From NCBI GenBank assembly GCA_963822445.1, contig CAWGHO010000002.1:832001-896000 (forward strand): a stretch of DNA of 64,000 nt, in the 5' to 3' direction. The stretch's first letter is position 1; each line of letters opens with the position of its first letter. Under the pieces are notes generated by a model. That model did not search any database and was not told where the DNA came from. It saw only the letters and a list, made by a program, of their open reading frames with translations. A program made the position numbers and the translations under genes. The stretch is from an uncultured Acidobacteriota bacterium. GTDB lineage: Bacteria > Acidobacteriota > Thermoanaerobaculia > Gp7-AA8. This document shows positions 61,155 through 64,000 of this stretch, piece after piece.

Positions 61155-61746
61155 CTTCCGCCGGCGTCTTCCGCACCATCACCTCGAATTTCCACTGATG
61201 CTTGTCGTACCAGAACGACACATGCGAGGCGAAGGGTTTGTTCAGCGGCTTGTCGATCTTCGTCTCGAACAGCGGATAGAGCCAGGTCGGATTCGCGTAG
61301 TGCCAGACCAGCTCTCCATGGCCGACCGTGGGCTCGCTGGGATGCCGCACGAAGTTGCGAAGACCGTCGTAGCGCTTCTCGCAGATCGTCGCGCGATAAA
61401 CCGGGCCGCGATGACTCGGCGCGGTGCCGAGGATCGGAAAGCCTTTCTTCGTCACTTTGGCGATGTACTCCGCGCTGTCACCGGTTTCCGATCCGGTGAC
61501 GGTGATCAGGCCGGCCTTTTCGAGGTTGCGAAGCGTGCGCACCGCTTTCTCGTCGTAATCGTCCTTCGGCGCCTTCGGCGACCACCACACCTTCTGCGGC
61601 ACCTCGGCGTAAACCGGCTCGCGGCGGAATGACCAGCCGGCCACGATCTCCTGAGCTTTTTCGGCGGTCAGGGGCTGTGGTTTCTGACACCCGATCGCCG
61701 TAAGTGCCGCCAATGCAGCGCCTGCCATCACTGTTCGCATCGTCAT
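61111..61746 (-). CDS. Hypothetical lipoprotein
   Basis: Lipobox-like AIGC after a hydrophobic stretch; coding-like composition. Confidence 0.7.
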   Translation of the reverse strand: MTMRTVMAGAALAALTAIGCQKPQPLTAEKAQEIVAGWSFRREPVYAEVPQKVWWSPKAPKDDYDEKAVRTLRNLEKAGLITVTGSETGDSAEYIAKVTKKGFPILGTAPSHRGPVYRATICEKRYDGLRNFVRHPSEPTVGHGELVWHYANPTWLYPLFETKIDKPLNKPFASHVSFWYDKHQWKFEVMVRKTPAEVTAGSSGGSPQPTR

Positions 61747-61799
61747 CGCGTCATTTGATCATGGCAATAATTCGGCCCGATTGGTTATGCTTCGCCCCT

Positions 61800-62381
61800 A
61801 TGAATGACAAAGTGGCGACGATTCCTTCTGTGGTCATCGAGCGGGTGGTACGCGGGCGGGCCGCCGCGGACATGCTGCTGGTGGTCGGCGCGAGCGCGCT
61901 GATCGCGATTTCCGCGCAGATCGCCATTCCCCTGCCCTTCACACCGGTGCCCCTGACCCTGCAGCCGCTGGCGGTCATCTTCATCGGCGCGGCCCTCGGC
62001 GCAACGCGCGGCGCGGCCGCCGCGGCGCTCTACCTTCTCGAAGGCTTCAGTGGACTGCCGGTCGGCGCCGGCGGCAACGGCGGACCGCTCTGGCTGTTCG
62101 GCGCAACCGCCGGCTATCTCTTCTCCTATCCGTTCGCGGCGTGGGTCTCGGGTTTCGTGTCGGAGCGTGGCTGGGGAAGCTCGGTCGTCCGCTCGATCAC
62201 CGGGATGCTGCTCGCGCTGGCGGTGATCTACGCCGGCGGATGGTCCTGGCTCGCAGTGCTGACCGATGCGCGTTACGCGTTCGTGGCCGGTGTGGCGCCG
62301 TTCGTTCTCGCCGACATCATCAAGGTCGCAATCGGCGCGGCGCTGCTGCCGAAAGCGCAGCAGCTCGTCCACCGGTTCTGA
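61800..62381 (+). CDS. bioY: Biotin transporter BioY
   Basis: PFTPVPLTLQ, YL..G..GLPV, TAGYL, PF...D..K. Confidence 0.9.
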   Translation: MNDKVATIPSVVIERVVRGRAAADMLLVVGASALIAISAQIAIPLPFTPVPLTLQPLAVIFIGAALGATRGAAAAALYLLEGFSGLPVGAGGNGGPLWLFGATAGYLFSYPFAAWVSGFVSERGWGSSVVRSITGMLLALAVIYAGGWSWLAVLTDARYAFVAGVAPFVLADIIKVAIGAALLPKAQQLVHRF

Positions 62382-62382
62382 G

Positions 62383-63015
62383 ATGCGCGGCCTCGCCGGC
62401 GTTGCGCTGATCCTCTTCGTCGCGTGCGCGACCCCGCAGCCCGCGCCCGCACCGGCTCCAGCACCATCGCCTGCTGCTGTCGTCGAGCCCGCGCCAACCC
62501 ATCCGGAACTGGCCGCGGAACTGACTGCCATGCGCGACGCCGACCAGGAAGCTCGGCGCCGATGGATCAAGGATCAGAAGAACGCGGCGATCATCGCGGA
62601 GATCGAAGCGCTGGATGCGAAGCACGTCGCGCGGCTGCGGGAGATCCTCGCCCAGTACGGCTGGCCCAGCAAAGCGATGGTCGGTGAGAAACCCGCCGGT
62701 GCCGCCTGGATGATCGCCCAGCACGGCGGGGCGGAGATCCTCGCCGAAACTCTCCCGACGATGTACGAGGCCGTGAAGAAGGGTGATCTTCACGAAGGGT
62801 TGTACGCGACCTCGCTCGACCGCGTGCTCATCCAGCAGGGAAAGAAGCAGGCTTACGGAACGCAGTTCGACACCGATCCGGCGACGGGCAGGTGCGAGCC
62901 GAAGCCGATCGAAGACCCGGAGCGGGTCGACGAGCGCCGCATCCGCGCGGGCATGGGCACGCTCGCGGAGTACAAAGCTCAGCTCTGCGCGCTGTACATG
63001 CAGAAGCAGCCCTAG
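62383..63015 (+). CDS. DUF6624-like lipoprotein
   Basis: Lipobox FVAC, DQ..R, YGWP, AW.IAQH, DR......Q.YGTQ, PIEDP..VD.RR. Confidence 0.8.
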   Translation: MRGLAGVALILFVACATPQPAPAPAPAPSPAAVVEPAPTHPELAAELTAMRDADQEARRRWIKDQKNAAIIAEIEALDAKHVARLREILAQYGWPSKAMVGEKPAGAAWMIAQHGGAEILAETLPTMYEAVKKGDLHEGLYATSLDRVLIQQGKKQAYGTQFDTDPATGRCEPKPIEDPERVDERRIRAGMGTLAEYKAQLCALYMQKQP

Positions 63016-64000
63016 TCGAAGTAACCGCCGAGCGACACCCACGTCCCGCTGTACGTCCACAATCCGCCGCTGTTGCCGCGCACGAGCACAGTCGGCGCAA
63101 CCACAGTCGGCGAGCCGGTCGTGCCGCCGCCGAGGTTCGAGTAGCTCCACGACCCTGACCGAGTGAACACGACCACGTTGCCGGCCGCGTTGCGCGCATG
63201 GACCTTCACCACGCCGCCGTCGACGCTCGCGGCGGGAGTTCCCGCGATGAGTGGAACACCCGGAATCGTCGCGGATACGGAGCTCCAGGTCCAACCGCTC
63301 CCACCGGAGGTCTGCACGGCTTCCCACAGTTGCCCGCTCAGCCCGCGCGAGTAAACGCGGAGCGACCCGTCCGGGGCGGCGACCGCTGAAGGGAAATCCT
63401 GAATCTGATCGCCGACGAACGTGGTGGTCCAGCTCAAACCGTTCCATCGGGCGTTGTACACACTGCGCGCATCGCCGCGGTAGAACACGTCGAGCCGGCC
63501 GAGCGGCATTGCGACCATCGACAGCATCCCTCGAACGTAAGCGCTGCCGGTCACCTCGCGCCGCGTGGTCACGCCGGCGATGTGCGACCAGTGATAGAGC
63601 TTGTAATCGCGTCCTGTTGCCACCACGTCGAAGCGCCCCGGACCTGTCGTCACCGCGACTGGATCGGACATGATCGAGAAATCCGGCGGGAGTGCGAGCG
63701 GAACCGACGCCGCCCATCCTCCACCCGAGGACCATGTTGCCCACATCAACTTGTTGGCGTTGTCGCGGTAGAACACGTCGAGCGGTGCGGTAGCGTTTTC
63801 GAGTCCTGATGCCACGCCGACGATCGTGAACGGCGCCTGTTGCCACACGGTCCCATTCCGCCGGTACAGATGCGTATCGCCGCCGCGTACGTAAACGTTG
63901 TTCAGGGACGACGCGCCGGTGTAACGGCGTCCGTGGTTCAACTCCGCGAGGATCGTTCCGATGACGGCGTTCCACGACACGAGATGCTGCACGGGCGCTT
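63012..64000 (-). CDS. C-terminal part of a protein with Trp-rich lectin-like beta-propeller repeats; start lies beyond the window
   Basis: Repeated (L/F)DV(F/V)..G....L.H..W....W blades, ending WVSLGG. Confidence 0.7.
   Translation of the reverse strand, partial: APVQHLVSWNAVIGTILAELNHGRRYTGASSLNNVYVRGGDTHLYRRNGTVWQQAPFTIVGVASGLENATAPLDVFYRDNANKLMWATWSSGGGWAASVPLALPPDFSIMSDPVAVTTGPGRFDVVATGRDYKLYHWSHIAGVTTRREVTGSAYVRGMLSMVAMPLGRLDVFYRGDARSVYNARWNGLSWTTTFVGDQIQDFPSAVAAPDGSLRVYSRGLSGQLWEAVQTSGGSGWTWSSVSATIPGVPLIAGTPAASVDGGVVKVHARNAAGNVVVFTRSGSWSYSNLGGGTTGSPTVVAPTVLVRGNSGGLWTYSGTWVSLGGYFD

Overview
High-GC bacterial chromosomal window, most consistent with an Acidobacteriota (probably Thermoanaerobaculia-like) genome; this is inferred from gene content, repeat types and protein families, not from any search. 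Housekeeping genes include nrdJ, nadB, ruvB, pilB-pilT-pilC-pilS, heptose genes, lexA, tsaD, valS, birA, coaX, ggt, rpiA and bioY. Accessory modules are: mddA with a divergent hydrolase-LuxR regulator; a defence-like islet (hicBA with an internally deleted toxin, a small Zn-finger gene and a PLD-SF2 helicase-DUF3427 gene); a coupled secreted trio (12-Cys peptide, Cna-B/carboxypeptidase-regulatory-like protein, PDZ protein); three tandem paralogues sharing a WAFIxVTNNDTQxITTI tail; and two duplicated six-module DUF11 proteins with a Cys-containing basic tail. Non-coding features include a layered nrdJ upstream region (sigma70 promoter, NrdR box, 50-aa leader ORF, terminator-like hairpin, DnaA-box-like and parS-like motifs), a candidate ECF-sigma sRNA after tsaD, several REP/REPIN families, and many apparently leaderless genes. 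Frameshifts at about 13.7-14.6 kb, 30-37.7 kb and 53 kb look like sequencing indels. Several short ORFs missing from the supplied track were translated by hand. No rRNA, tRNA, CRISPR array, transposase or prophage was seen.
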